Positions 38,781 through 52,356 of a stretch of 64,000 bases of DNA are shown piece after piece (position 1 is the first letter of the stretch; every line of letters starts with the position of its first letter). The stretch is from Octopus vulgaris (Eukaryota), in NCBI GenBank assembly GCA_951406725.2, contig OX597817.1:98518001-98582000 (forward strand), in the 5' to 3' direction. The position numbers and the translations under genes are program-made. The notes under the pieces are model-generated. The model did not search any database and had not been told where the DNA came from. It worked only from the letters and a program-made list of their open reading frames with translations.

Positions 38781-39713
38781 CGTGTATATTTATTTGTATT
38801 TGTATGTATGTTTGTATTTATGTAGATATCCATGTCGTTTTATATGTGTATTTTTATATGTATGCATTTGCAAGCTGAATGAAGTAGCCAACATTCGTAA
38901 GATACTTTTAGGAATGCCAACATCCAAATCATCTCACTTTATACCTCTATTTTTCTCTTTCTAACTTTCTGTTTCTTATATTTCTTTTTCTTTTTTTCTG
39001 TTTTCTTTCTCCCACCACTTGTTATTCTCTGAGTTTCTTTTTGTTTTCTTTCTCTCACTTGTAACAACTAAGTTATATAAGCATACACCAGGAGGTATTA
39101 TGCGTGTGCATGTGTGCACATAGATACTTGTATATGCATTTGTATATATTTATTTTTTGGCTATATTTGTCTGTATATGTATGCAGCCATGTATTGTTTA
39201 GTGTATATATAGGCTGTTTGGTATGTGTATGTATTGCTAAATGTATATTTCATTTAGGGTAAAAGTTTTTTTTAAAAGGATATATCTTTTAATTTATTTA
39301 AATTTATTAATATTTTTTTTATCACTAATTATTTACCCTGGGTATTCAGGTTTATTTTCCTTCTACATACGCTATTTTGATTTAAGGTTTTCATTGATTT
39401 TTATAATAATGGGATCTTAAACCGCAATTGTTATTTCATGCAACCGGTCATTGAAAAGACCGTTAGTTGAAAGGACCAATGAAACAAAACCATTTTCAAA
39501 TGTGTATCTATCAAACTAATTGTATATTTATTTTGTTCCATTCTAAACAAAACTGTCTGACAAACAATCTGAGTAACAGTTTTTGTGATATTTTTGCTGC
39601 TTTTTAATAGAGCATATTACTCTACCTCTGGTATTTGAGTACTATTTTTTTCCATCTTGTTTTGCATCTATGTGCTTACTCTGGTATGTATGTATATATA
39701 TATATATATATAT

Positions 39714-42700
39714 TGGGGTGTCCTGTCTCCAGGGTCAAAATTTTTTCTGACTGCCCTTTTGTCTTGTGTGGTGCAAGTAGATGAAAAAATGAAGTATACA
39801 AAGTGACAGGGCTCTAAAACCATTTCTGTGCGTGCATAAGCCTCCTGAAGTAGAAAAAAATGCACTTTTTGGCCACTTTTATTGTGCTTTAATATTTATT
39901 TCATAAGTCTCATGTGGATCTAAATCATGCTAGAAAATTAAGGTGCATAATTTACTTTTAATGATTTTATGACAAGTACAATGTAACATGGTTAGCAAAT
40001 TTTTTAAATTCTAAATCACCTTCCAAGATACATTTTTGAATATACTTTTAAAGTATATAATACAAGTTGTACCATAAAAAGAATCCCCAGTACATAACTA
40101 TTCAGCTGATATTTAATAGGAAATATTATGACTATATGTTCATTGTTCACTTAGCACTTAAGCATGGGAAACCCTGCTGAAATATTTGAAATACATTTAA
40201 TTGCCATTCCAAACCACCTAGGCGGCTGCACAGGCGTTATCCTTTTGTTCATGTGGAAGGTTCCCCAGTACTTGGATGATGCCAATGGTTAGCTTGTGGA
40301 AGAAAAACAACAAGCTGTTAGTAATAAAACATTTAAGGTAATTAACGGCGAATGGAAACCAGGAATTGAAAAATGAGAGAGAAGAAAGATGAAGAGGAAA
40401 TGTTCTTAGCTTGGTGTCTCAGGCGAGCCATATAGTAGAATTGGTTCAACTGTGGCTTTGAAGATTTTAAGTTTGAAGTCTCTACTTAGATTTGATGACC
40501 AGATCTTAGGCATATCATTACAGGCTGACCAGGCCATACCCTTTCTAGTTGGAAAATTTTTTCCAGATAATGATATGTATGACCCAAGATATTTGTAATC
40601 AGAAACCATATTTAAGGGCGTACTGTTGAGAGTATGGATGATGAAACCACTGTTGGACAGGCACTTGTTTACATATTCAGTCTTGGTCTCGTTGAGGTAA
40701 TGACCTACACAATTTGAGGCTTGTTCGAGAGATTGTAAAAGAGACTGGGCATTGGAGAGAGAATCACTGATAAGAGCGATGTTGTCAGCAAAGTCAGTGT
40801 CTGTTAAGTATTCAGCTGTGTCTGGAACTTCTTCTAGGTTTTATTTCAAAGCCCTTGCCAGAAATGGTATCAACTGACATACGTAGCACATAGTCAATGA
40901 CAATGATGAAGAGAAATGGGGCGAGTGTGTCTCCCTGCAGTATTCCAGCTTTGATTGAGAAAGATGATGTTTCTCCATCAGGGGTTAAGATGGTTGTAGA
41001 CGCATCTGCATAGAGGACCTTGATGGCAGAAATGATTTTGTCTGGAATCCCATAGAGCTTAAGGATTTCAAATATCTTGTACCTATCTACAGAGTCGAAC
41101 GCTTTAGAAAAGTTTACAAACACCATTGTAAAATCGCGATTAAATGCTTTTGATTCTTCAATAAGTCTGCGTAGGCACAGTATTTGGCTCAACGTTGAGC
41201 GCCCATGTCTGAATCCATTTTGGTTCTTTCAGAGCAAAGGTTCAACAAAAAGGATGAGATGGTTTAGAATCAGTTTGTTATGATTTGAGATTGGTGCCAA
41301 ATCTTTGGAGCTACAAAAGTGGAAAGTGTGTGGCTGCAAAGATTGAGCAAAAGTAGTGAAATCTATCATCCTTCCAAATTATAGCTGGGATGTTGTTGGG
41401 ACCAAATGCTTTCAAGGCTTTCAGTTGTTTAGTGGCTGCTGTTAGTTCAAATATGGTAAAAGGGGAGGTGTTGATTTCCAGCGTATCTGATATAGGCACA
41501 CTTGGAAGAGTGGAGTTATCAGGGATTTTGGCATTCTTTCCAAGAAGGTTTTTAAAATGAGTTGACCAATTTTCTAAACGCTTCTTAGCTGATCCCCCTT
41601 TAATTCTAATTGATGACCCAGAATTTTTGCCTGATAGGTCTTTGATGGATTTCCAGGCAAGATGGTGTTTTTTACTAATGTGCTCTTTGGATAGTTTGCT
41701 AATTTTGCCGTTGATAAAGTCGACCTCAGCGTTCAAGTAAGCATCATCAAGATTCTTCTTGGCAGTTATGAGTTGGATCTTCAGTGACTGTGATGGAGAA
41801 CGGTGGTAAGCTAGTGATATAGACTTTAGATGGTTTCTGGCTTCGATGACATTTGGAGAATTAGAAGGTTTGCTCTGGCCCCTACTCTTCTTTTGGGGAA
41901 GAGTAGCCAGTGCAACTTCCTCTGTTGATTTGATGAAGCTGCTGTAGACTTCTTCAATGTTCTCAACATCTATTTCAGAAGTAGACAAAGATTGAAATTT
42001 GTTATAGACCTCAATAGTAAATTGCTTGGACATATTGGGGTTAGACGAGACTTCCTCCCAGTCGATCGTTTTTATTGGGTGTGGCTTAGCTTTTTTGGAT
42101 GAGCGAAGACTAAGCGTAACGGTAGCTGATACAATTCTGTGGTCAGAGCCAACAGAACTAAAGGAAGAGTAGGATATCGAGTCTTTGACACTATTGTGCC
42201 ACTTCTTTCGAAAAATGAGGTAGTCAATTTGTGCCCTATCACCAAGTGGAGCCTCGAATGTCCAAAGTTGTCCTTTTGATTTCATAAAATAATTGTTGGA
42301 GGTGTAAAGATTAAATTCCTCTAAAAAGTTTTTGAGCATTTCCCCGTTCCGATTAGTTTTAGAGTTGAAAGTAAACTTGGTCTCATCGGGTCCTAGTTTA
42401 GCGTTCAGATCACCAGCTATAACTAGAAAATTAAGGAGATGTACTTACTCAATGGTTGAACGAAGGGTTGTATAAAAATTCTCAATCTCGTCTGCCACAG
42501 ACGAATTATGTGGGCTATACACACATACCAATGTTGTTTTCAGATTTCCATCTATCTCAAGCACCAAAATTCTAGGCAAGATTGACTCTATACTCAAGTC
42601 GATCGTATACTCAAGTCGATCACTAGCTTTTGATGAAAGTAGAAAGCCGATACCTTCAACTTTTGAATTAACAGTATTCTTTGATGCTGAGGAGGTTACA

Positions 42701-45700
42701 AATTGATAAGAACCGACTTGATGGTATTTAAGTATGTCGTCAGGGTGGTAGAATCGGTGTTCTTGGACAGCTATTATATCAATGCTGTGTGATTCTGCAT
42801 TTGCACCAAGTTCTTCTAAACGGCTGAGAGAACTGAGGGTGTGGGCATTGAAGGTGCTGAGTATCATATGATTTTTACAGCTGATGAGATGTTTGTTTGG
42901 TGTTATTTGGTTGGGAGCTGACTATTCTCCATCAGGTGATACCCGTCTGTTAAGATTGAGGGCATCACTGTCATTGGATGCCCTTGGAAGTGCAACGTGA
43001 TCAGAAATAGGACCCAGCAAAGCAGGGGCTCGACCTACATCCACAGGTATACCATTAAGTCTGGTTCCCTGGGGAAGAGGAATCCTGGTGCAGTTAATTG
43101 TAAATTCCATAGTCTTTTCAAATGGCTAATAATGTGTGTGTGTGCTGCAACTACACACATTGGAAAGCATTGTACAACCAAGCACTAAAGAAGGTCTTTT
43201 CTCCTCCATCAAACAAAGCTGTTCCTGCTGGACGGCAACCCAGTATTTCTAAGCTATGGACTGAGTGATTTATTGTAAGGTTATCTCCCTAGACAGATTG
43301 CCTTCACTACGGCTAAGGAGCCCTTTCTACCCCTCTGATACAGGTTGTACTGGTTTACAGTTTACCAGTAGTAGGATATGATGCTGCATACATTGGACCT
43401 GACCTGACAAGGGCAGCCTAATAACTTTTTGCTTCACTTCATTTCATAAGGCCAAGGGAGGGGGATAAAGAGAGGGAGGGAGATAGAAAAAGAGATAAGA
43501 AAGAGAAGGGGAGAGAATAGAGAGAGAGAAAGAGGGAGAGAGGGGAATATAGGGGGCAGCACCAGTGAAGGAGGAGGAATTGGGAAAAGAGATAACTTAA
43601 GGGGTGGTAACAAATTCCTGGACAGGATAGAACATAAGAAAGCCCATGAAGTATGTGTGAGAATAGACAACTGTTATAGTGGTGGGAGGAGGGATAGCCG
43701 GTAGGGATGGTGGGACAAACACAGTAGAGATATCCGGTACTGGTAGTGGGGGTGGGTAAGGGCCGGTGCACAGTGAACAAGCAAGTAAGCTTGGGGACGA
43801 TGCGGTGAAAGAAACGGAATTAAACAAGGGGAGAAACGAGTAATTTACTTAACGAAATTCTAAGAGATAGAATTAAAATTATTATTTGAGGGGTCATTGC
43901 CAATGGTTAGCTTGCGGAAGAAAAAAACAACAAGCTGCTAGTAATAAAACATTTAAGGTAATTAACGGCGAATGGAAACCAGGAATGGAAAAATGAGAGA
44001 GAAGAAAGAAGAGGAAATGTTCTTAGCTTGGTGTCTCGGGCATCGTTTGGTAAAGAAATGGAGGGGACCGCATGACACTAAGGGTTTTAAAACCGTAAGC
44101 TGCAACCGGAAGTGAGTTTAGCACAGCAAACAAGCAAGTTAGCTTGAGGACGATGCGGTGAAAGAAACGAAGAAAGAAAGGGAGAAACAAGTAAAGCTTG
44201 AGAGGCGACTGGATGGAACTTACACTCGCCTCCTTATGAGAGTTCAAAATCTCTCGTTGAAGTGTCATCCAACCAAAATACAAATATATGGAAAACAACC
44301 ACCTGTATCATCTCTTGTGAAAGGTAGGAGAGTCCAGTTTGCCGGACATTGTTGTAGAGCTGAAAACGAGGCAATTTCTACTCTTCTCCTCTGGAAGCCA
44401 TCTACTCACGATACCAGAGGGCGCACACTCTCCTACCCTGATGTAATCTCCAGGGATACAGGCATCCAGCAACAGGACCTCCGTAATGCTATGATGGACC
44501 ATGAAGTCTGGCGTAGCATAGTAAATTCCATTGCCTTGACCACAGTCGAACAATGATGATGACTTGGATGATTTTCTATGTTAAATAATCTTTCCTTTTG
44601 CTTTCCTGTCTCCCAACAGCTTTGGTGTATCTTGAATCTTTTCTGCCAATCATACATTTTCTGGGACCCCTTTGATCTCATATGAACATGATCTTTTCAT
44701 GCTTGTCTTTCTCAGTTTCTTCCTTGTCTTTTTTGATAATGTTCTCTACATCTTTGGTAATTATGTCAAAAAGATCAGGTAGCAGCTTTTTGGTGAAGCT
44801 CTCTTGTTTCGGCTGCTCTTTTAAACTTTTTCTACTTTTCAGAGACACCAGCTTTTTATGTGTCTGTAGTAAATCTAAAACTTTCTTCTTCACTTGATCC
44901 ATTCACACTTTGTTATGTATTGAAACAATCTTATTCAACAAACAACAGTCACTATCACATTTCAGTTGGTGATGATGTCTTACACCACAACAAACAATAT
45001 GCTTTTCTTGCATTTTAGGATTGTTTGTCCTTGTGTGGTAGAAATATTGCAGAATTTCTTTGGAGGTAGTTGACTATCTTTAATATCTGAAAGTGTTTTA
45101 CTAATGAGAAATATTTCTTTGCTTGATCTTGTTTTTGCCACCTTATTTCAATTGTATATATCACTTGTATATAAAACTTGAATATCAGTTTTAAAAAGTC
45201 AGCATCTTATCACTGTGCAGTTAGTTGTATATATCACTTTAAACAAAAATCAGTGTCCTACACCGCAAAAAAATTCTATGACCAAAGGAACAACCATTCA
45301 TTAAATGCAGAATTGATTTCAATTATCACTGAATGCTCTTACTATATTCTGCCTATATTTTCTTTCTAGATCTCAAATAAAAGATATCCAAATTAATGTT
45401 ATGTTGCATTTACCAAAAATATTATGACACAAAGTATATTGTTAACATTGTCAGCTTTTTTGATCAAAAGTCTTTTTTATCTCTTCCCTCATTATAGTTC
45501 AATGGTTTAACCCTATGTGGCATACTCAGCCTTTCTAACCCTCCCCTTCCACCCACTGACCTGATCTCCCCTTCTCTTTGTTCTCTCCTATTCATGGTTG
45601 TTTAACATCTAGTAGATGTGATTATAAGATTTTAAGATAAAATCATTGGAAATATATTTTACACTCGCACCATAATTTTCTAGCATAATTTAGATTCCCA

Positions 45701-45937
45701 TGAGACATTAAACAAACATTAAACAAATACCTTTTGATATGACACAACACAAGCACAATAAAAATGGCTAATTTTGCAACCCAAACGCATTTCTTTTCAA
45801 CTTCAGGAGGTTCGTGTATTCACAAAAATAGTTTTAGAGCCCTGTTACATTGTATACCTCATTTTCTCATCCATTGACACCATACAAGACAATGGTGCAG
45901 TTAGAAAAAATTTTGACCATGAAAACAGGACACCCAA
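39714..45937 (-). mobile_element. Long-TIR DNA transposon, Sola2-like, with transposase remnant; hosts a LINE insertion
   Basis: 39714-~39950 is an imperfect reverse complement of ~45665-45937 (gggtgtcctg.. / ..caggacaccc). Minus-strand remnant 44575-45142: AKTRSSKEIFLI..QLP.., LPDLFDI, DQRGPRKCMIG. The superfamily call is an inference. Confidence 0.65.
40281..44561. mobile_element. Full-length RTE-clade LINE (second family) with inverted 5' part
   Basis: Minus strand 43420-40424: 5' UTR, APE (STFNAHTL, VQEH, YSPH, QIDY, SDH) and RT (FSKAFDS, GILQGDTLAP) to ILLYGS. Plus strand 44190-44561: KLERRLDGTY.. to the (TGA)n tail. 11-bp TSD. Confidence 0.88.
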
Positions 45938-45947
45938 ATAAATATGT

Positions 45948-46732
45948 GTTTTACAGAAAAAGGGTTGAACAAAAAGTTCAAACTTTAAATTTTTCTAAAA
46001 AAAATTTGTTTTATAGAAAAAGGTTTAATAAAATGTTGAACCTTCAAAAGTTAGAAACTGGAATTGAGAAAAAAAATTTTTAATTCTAATTCCCATTTTG
46101 TTGCCAATAATAGTTTTAATAATAAACTCTTTCCTTCTCTTCCTCCTCTTTCTTTTCCTTTTCTCTCCATTCCATTTTTCAATCGTTTCTCTTCATCTGG
46201 GTTCTTCCCAGACCTATCTCTCTTTCCTGCTTCTTCTCTCTTCTTTTCCTTTTCTCTTTTCTTTCTTTTTCTTTTCTCTCTTTCATTCCATCATTCACCT
46301 CCTTCCATCTTTCCTCTTTGAATAGCTCATTATCCTTCTTCCTGGAACTGCCTTTGTTTCATGTTTCTCCTCTCCTCCACCCCTCCTTTTTCTTTTCTCT
46401 CCTCCATTCCATCATTTGTCTCCTTCTGTCCTTAATCCCCCATCATATTCTTCTATTTGTGCTCCTAAAAGAAATGATATAGTTAATCTTCATTTATTAA
46501 TAGAAGGGGATTGAAGTAGTGGTATTCCCTGCACCTTTGAAAATAAGATGTTTGCTAATGAGATGAGCATTTCAAAAAGTACAACGAAATGCCAATTAAA
46601 TTTTTTTAAATGGTTTCAATTCTAGCTTCTAACTTTCAAGGCTCAACATTTTATTAAGCCTTTTTCTGTAAAATAACAATTTTAAAAAAAATTAAAGTTT
46701 AAACATTTTGTTGAACCCTTTTTCTGTAAAAC
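45948..46732. mobile_element. MITE/fold-back element with ~140-bp TIRs and pyrimidine-rich spacer
   Basis: gttttacagaaaaagggttgaacaaaa..ttagaaactggaattga is the imperfect reverse complement of tcaattctagcttctaa..ttttgttgaaccctttttctgtaaaac. Confidence 0.75.
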
Positions 46733-47450
46733 AGGAAATTTTTTCCATTAAAATCTCTTGTCTTTTAAGATTACTTTGTATATCATTTATTATTTAGATT
46801 ACCATTGAAGTACCATTGCCATCATTAGCTAAATTTCTGTTTCACCCCTATACCACATTGAGGTGGTTGTTGGTTTTTATGGGGAAAAGGCCATCACTGA
46901 TTTTTAATTTTTATTTTATAATGTACATAAAATATATCTGATTATTTAGCTCCATACCTCTCTTGAGCTAGCAGACCTACAATCAAAGATGTTTCAGCTT
47001 GACCAGCCATTCTTTATTTCTGATACAGTATGTCCAGAAATACATCATCAGATATGTCTTTACTAAGAGACAGTAGAAAGTGGTTTGAAGGCAATCTAGC
47101 TGCTATTTGTTACAGGTAAAGCAACCATGTTGTCTCACATAATCACCCTCTATTAACACTAAAAGGGAAAAAAAGTACTAATTTAATGAATTAATGAGAA
47201 TTCAGATATAGTGTTAATTAAATATGACCTGGCGATGATCACTGGATAGAAGAGACAAGACATATGACTTCTCTAGTGTTTTGAGGTAGTGTTCTCTAGT
47301 GTTCTGAGGTAGAGAGGAATAGTTAGAGCAGACAGCATGTTCAGGAGATAAAGGAGGAAATGTTAGAGAGAAAGAGAGGAAGTTACAGTAGTAGGAGGAT
47401 GAAGAGTGTAAGAGGGAAATGTAAATGAAAAGACAGAGAAAGAGAGGGAA

Positions 47451-47505
<55 letters not shown>

Positions 47506-47557
47506 TATTGGTGAATTGAAGAAATGGAGCTGAACGAAGATTGAACAGAAATCGTTT

Positions 47558-47650
47558 TATTTCATTCTACACGTGTTTCGAAAGGCACAATTTACCAAAA
47601 TCCGATTGAATAATGAGACCATATTGTGTCTTTCTCTTCAGGAAGAAATA
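47558..47650 (-). ncRNA. Type I hammerhead ribozyme in PLE pseudo-LTR
   Basis: Exact inverted copy of 52357-52449. Confidence 0.85.
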
Positions 47651-48253
47651 GGAAATCCGTTGGAAAAAACAAAAACAGAACAGAGGCGGAGCAAAACAAA
47701 TCGAACTAGGCTCCTAAGAGCCCATGGCAAAACTGTTTATCAGTGTATGTTAAGAACCGGTGGTTGAAGATTTTAACGGGTCAGGCAGCGGTCATTCCTG
47801 TGGGTGAGGGTGTGTAGATGTTCTTTGTGACCGAGAATAAAGTTCTGACTATTTAAGGAATATTGGATGTTTTATAAGGGGCGAGAAAAAATCTACTTAG
47901 AGACATGTGTGTGTTTACTGTTCTATATATGTGTGTGCTGGCGCAGGTTGGCAAGACCTCCGTCAAGGGGTAGAAAACATTTTTTGTGTACGTGTGTGCG
48001 TTTGATCGCTCGGCTGTCAGTGGTTAAGCCGCTCTACACAATGGCTACTGCAGTAAGAACCGTTGGGTGGCAGAAAAAAATATATTATGTTTTATGTGTG
48101 CGTGTGTTCGTCTGAACCTGCCTTGTCAAGGAAACCCCCCGTCGTCAAAAAACAAAAAACAAAAAACAAAAAACAAAGCCCCGTTTATCTTACGGGAGTA
48201 ATTCCCCTTGCAGTGGTTAATCGTAATTATCTTAAAGGCTATTTCAGAATTTG

Positions 48254-50858
48254 TTACCAAGGGCTATGGGTGCAGGTATTATTTATAAACGCTAATTTAA
48301 AAGCCAGATAAGTGTAACGCCGCCAATGGGGGCATCGAAAAGCCGACTGTAAAAGTCCGTTTACCATCCGGCCTCTGGCGAACAAAATATGGAAGAGTTC
48401 GGAGACACAAAGGTTGCACTTCCTTCTGCCCCTATCAAATGGGAGGGCCACCGACAAAATTGACCATTCCAGCCTGTAGCTTGAGTTCGTATCCTTCAAT
48501 CGCCATATTAGCTTGCTGAGTCCCGTGGTCTGGCGTTTGTTCATGTCCCGAAAAGTTGCGTAATGATTGGAGATTCGCAAAGCCAATCTTGACGATGAGG
48601 CCCCTACATAAGTGTAGACATCTGAGTCCGTGTAAACCTTGCATTGGTAGACGGCGTTTCTGATCTTGGAATTCGCCGACGTGAATCTTATTCTGCTAGG
48701 ATTAGTTTCTGAAATTAGAACTGCGTTCCTGTCACTATATTTGTTACGAGAACTGCAGCCGCTTACTACTTTATTTTCCACTACGTCACTATTAACTAAC
48801 GGAATAACCCCTGATTCTCCACTATCTATCAGAGTGCTGTCATTGCTAGTGCCCGTGGTGCTGCTATTGCGGGAAATGATGCTGGGGTTGCTATTGGGGC
48901 TCTCTACCCTACTCCCATTGTTACCGTCAACCACAACACCCCTATTTATAACTATACCCCTAGTGTGTACTCCCTGGCTGGAGCTGAGATTATGTGTCAC
49001 TGTACTGGATCTCATATCATTATTACTACTATAATTATTCCTACTGAGCATTAAACTGGGAGCAGAAGAGGCTGTGCCTCCGGAAAAAGGTGATAGGGTC
49101 TTAGTAAGTAGCCTATTATTATGGGAGGCGATTATCTGGGCGAGGTTTTTAGTGTTGGAGAAAGCTATCCTAACTTTATGCGAGTTAACCGTGGAGTAAT
49201 ATTTGGAATTTCTGGGGAAGTTATTGGCGATGGCTTGTCTAAACATGAGGGGGAGGTTAGTTCTAATCTGCTTACCAAAGGGAATTACAAACCATATATG
49301 CTTATTCCTATCTGTGTGATGGGTCGGGACGCCAGCTCTCGCATTCGGGTGGGTGATTCTCGGATGAATAACGGGTTTTGGGTTAGTGTGAGATCTCCCG
49401 GACCGATAATTATCCTTGTTCGCTAAATTAAATGCGGGAGCGACTGCCCCAGCACCCGCCGCGTTCCCGTCCCTACTTAAATTGTTTATGTTATTATAGA
49501 CGGCCCTATCCTGATGACCGAATGATGGCATCGGAAGGGCCGGATCAATATAAATTACCTTCTGCCTATAACCGGCCTTGGATAGTGCGCCGTTATAAAA
49601 TTCCGCTTTCTGCATAAAAATATCGGCACTGGCGGACAAGCCAGACAATCTTAGAGAGATGTTTTTAACCAAATTGTCTGTTACGGTTTTGGCATGATTT
49701 GAGAAGACACTGACATACTTCAAATTAGTGGAAGGCTTATGGTAAGGGCAGTATGAGTCGCTATTAAGGTTAAGTGTAACGTCTAGGAAATTAGCCTTGG
49801 TGAGTTCATTATCAAAAACTATACTCATGCCCATTCTATTAAAAAACCTAGCTAACCTGCTCTTAGTTTTCTGCACTATTCTGTTCGTGGTGTTTTGCAG
49901 GTAAAACAGACAATCGTCACGATACAGGCCGCCCGCGATCTCCGGGAATTGGTCGGACAATTCGTAGAGAATATATATTCCGACCAAATCGGCTATCTGC
50001 GCACTATCCGAACTACCCATAGGCACATCAAATTCATTGGGAGTATCTTTACGGATCCACAACTTATTATCAAACTTAATAAACGATTTCCTGGCAACTA
50101 AAATGATATCTATCTCTTCTCTGGTGAGGCCAGCCTTGTTGTGAGCATGCCAAAGGGCCTTATTTAGCACACTAGGGTTAATCGAGGGGTAGAAGCTGGC
50201 GATATCAAACTGAATGAACCTAGTACGGTTCTTATTGGGGATGGAAGAGAACCACTTCACTACCTGCGAGGAGTTGGCCCAGAGGCTGAGCTTCAGCTTG
50301 TTTACTAAACTAGGGATATATTTATCTAAAATGTACTTACTGATTATCCCGATATCAGAGCTAGCAGGGCATATGAGTCTTAGCGCTGGGTTGGTGTGGA
50401 AGTTCGGTTTATGGTCCTTCACTATAAAGCTGGGTTGCTTAGGGCTAAGCGGCTGAGTTCTCATTTGAATTCAGTGTTTAAATATTATTTCCTTAATTTC
50501 CAAGTTTACCTTCCTCAGGGTACTCCAATTGGTTTTTCTATAATTTTTCTTGATCTCTTTACCGAGTAAATCTAGGTACTGCTTAATGGGTAGCTTGTAT
50601 GTGTTCCTGGTCTTGTCGGACTGGACCAGGACTCCGTCCGTTCTATTAATGTCCTTGGTAATTTTATCTAGGTATCTGAGGTGGGCATTTCTCCTGGGTG
50701 ACTTCCTGAACTTAATCTTTCTAACTATGTCCCACAAGTCGTCCTCAAACTTCTTCAGTCTTGGGTTAGGTGGCGGCGTATCCAATGTTTTAAAAAGCCG
50801 GCCGTATTCGGACGATGCTGTTGTCCGGTTCGATTTTAGATCTTCGTTCTCGTGGAAG
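48254..50858 (-). pseudogene. PLE RT + C-terminal GIY-YIG ORF, 5'-truncated, one in-frame TGA at 50471-50473
   Basis: DKTRNTY, KDHKPNF, FDIASFYPSI, VPMGS, GLYRDD, NFLDVTL, YVSVFSNH, AVYQ..TYVG..RISNH, KCNLCVSE. Confidence 0.92.
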
Positions 50859-51715
50859 AAAACCTCGCCCAGATAATCGCCTCCCATAATAATAGGCTAC
50901 TTACTAAGACCCTATCACCTTTTTCCGGAGGCACAGCCTCTTCCGCTCCCGGTTTAATGCTCAGTAGGAATAATTATAGTAGTAATAATGATATGAGATC
51001 CAGTACAGTGACACATAATCTCAGCTCCAGCCAGGGAGTACACACTAGGGGTATAGTTATAAATAGGGGTGTTGTGGTTGACGGTAACAATGGGAGTAGG
51101 GTAGAGAGCCCCAATAGCAACCCCAGCATCATTTCCCGCAATAGCAGCACCACGGGCACTAGCAATGACAGCACTCTGATAGATAGTGGAGAATCAGGGG
51201 TTATTCCGTTAGTTAATAGTGACGTAGTGGAAAATAAAGTAGTAAGCGGCTGCAGTTCTCGTAACAAATATAGTGACAGGAACGCAGTTCTAATTTCAGA
51301 AACTAATCCTAGCAGAATAAGATTCACGTCGGCGAATTCCAAGATCAGAAACGCCGTCTACCAATGCAAGGTTTACACGGACTCAGATGTCTACACTTAT
51401 GTAGGGGCCTCATCGTCAAGATTGGCTTTGCGAATCTCCAATCATTACGCAACTTTTCGGGACATGAACAAACGCCAGACCACGGGACTCAGCAAGCTAA
51501 TATGGCGATTGAAGGATACGAACTCAAGCTACAGGCTGGAATGGTCAATTTTGTCGGTGGCCCTCCCATTTGATAGGGGCAGAAGGAAGTGCAACCTTTG
51601 TGTCTCCGAACTCTTCCATATTTTGTTCGCCAGAGGCCGGATGGTAAACGGACTTTTACAGTCGGCTTTTCGATGCCCCCATTGGCGGCGTTACACTTAT
51701 CTGGCTTTTAATTAG
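50859..51715 (+). pseudogene. Inverted duplicate of the PLE linker and GIY-YIG domain
   Basis: Translation matches the C-terminal part of the 48254-50464 ORF and ends AFN*. Confidence 0.9.
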
Positions 51716-52356
51716 CGTTTATAAATAATACCTGCACCCATAGCCCTTGGTAACAAATTCTGAAATAGCCTTTAAGATAATTACGATTAACCACTGCAAG
51801 GGGAATTACTCCCGTAAGATAAACGGGGCTTTGTTTTTTGTTTTTTGTTTTTTGTTTTTTGACGACGGGGGGTTTCCTTGACAAGGCAGGTTCAGACGAA
51901 CACACGCACACATAAAACATAATATATTTTTTTCTGCCACCCAACGGTTCTTACTGCAGTAGCCATTGTGTAGAGCGGCTTAACCACTGACAGCCGAGCG
52001 ATCAAACGCACACACGTACACAAAAAATGTTTTCTACCCCTTGACGGAGGTCTTGCCAACCTGCGCCAGCACACACATATATAGAACAGTAAACACACAC
52101 ATGTCTCTAAGTAGATTTTTTCTCGCCCCTTATAAAACATCCAATATTCCTTAAATAGTCAGAACTTTATTCTCGGTCACAAAGAACATCTACACACCCT
52201 CACCCACAGGAATGACCGCTGCCTGACCCGTTAAAATCTTCAACCACCGGTTCTTAACATACACTGATAAACAGTTTTGCCATGGGCTCTTAGGAGCCTA
52301 GTTCGATTTGTTTTGCTCCGCCTCTGTTCTGTTTTTGTTTTTTCCAACGGATTTCC

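Noticed and set aside
43200-43420. HDV-like ribozyme at the RTE 5' end
   Set aside because: Plausible for RTEs, but I could not assemble a full nested double pseudoknot by eye.
48666-49034. 122-aa hydrophobic ORF and its mirror at 50974-51342
   Set aside because: Antisense frame of the Ser/Asn-rich PLE linker.
50471-50473. Selenocysteine recoding of the in-frame TGA in the PLE ORF
   Set aside because: Sec-encoding PLEs are known among Naiads (N-terminal endonuclease). This element has a C-terminal endonuclease, the site is not an evident conserved Cys and I saw no SECIS; a point mutation is simpler.
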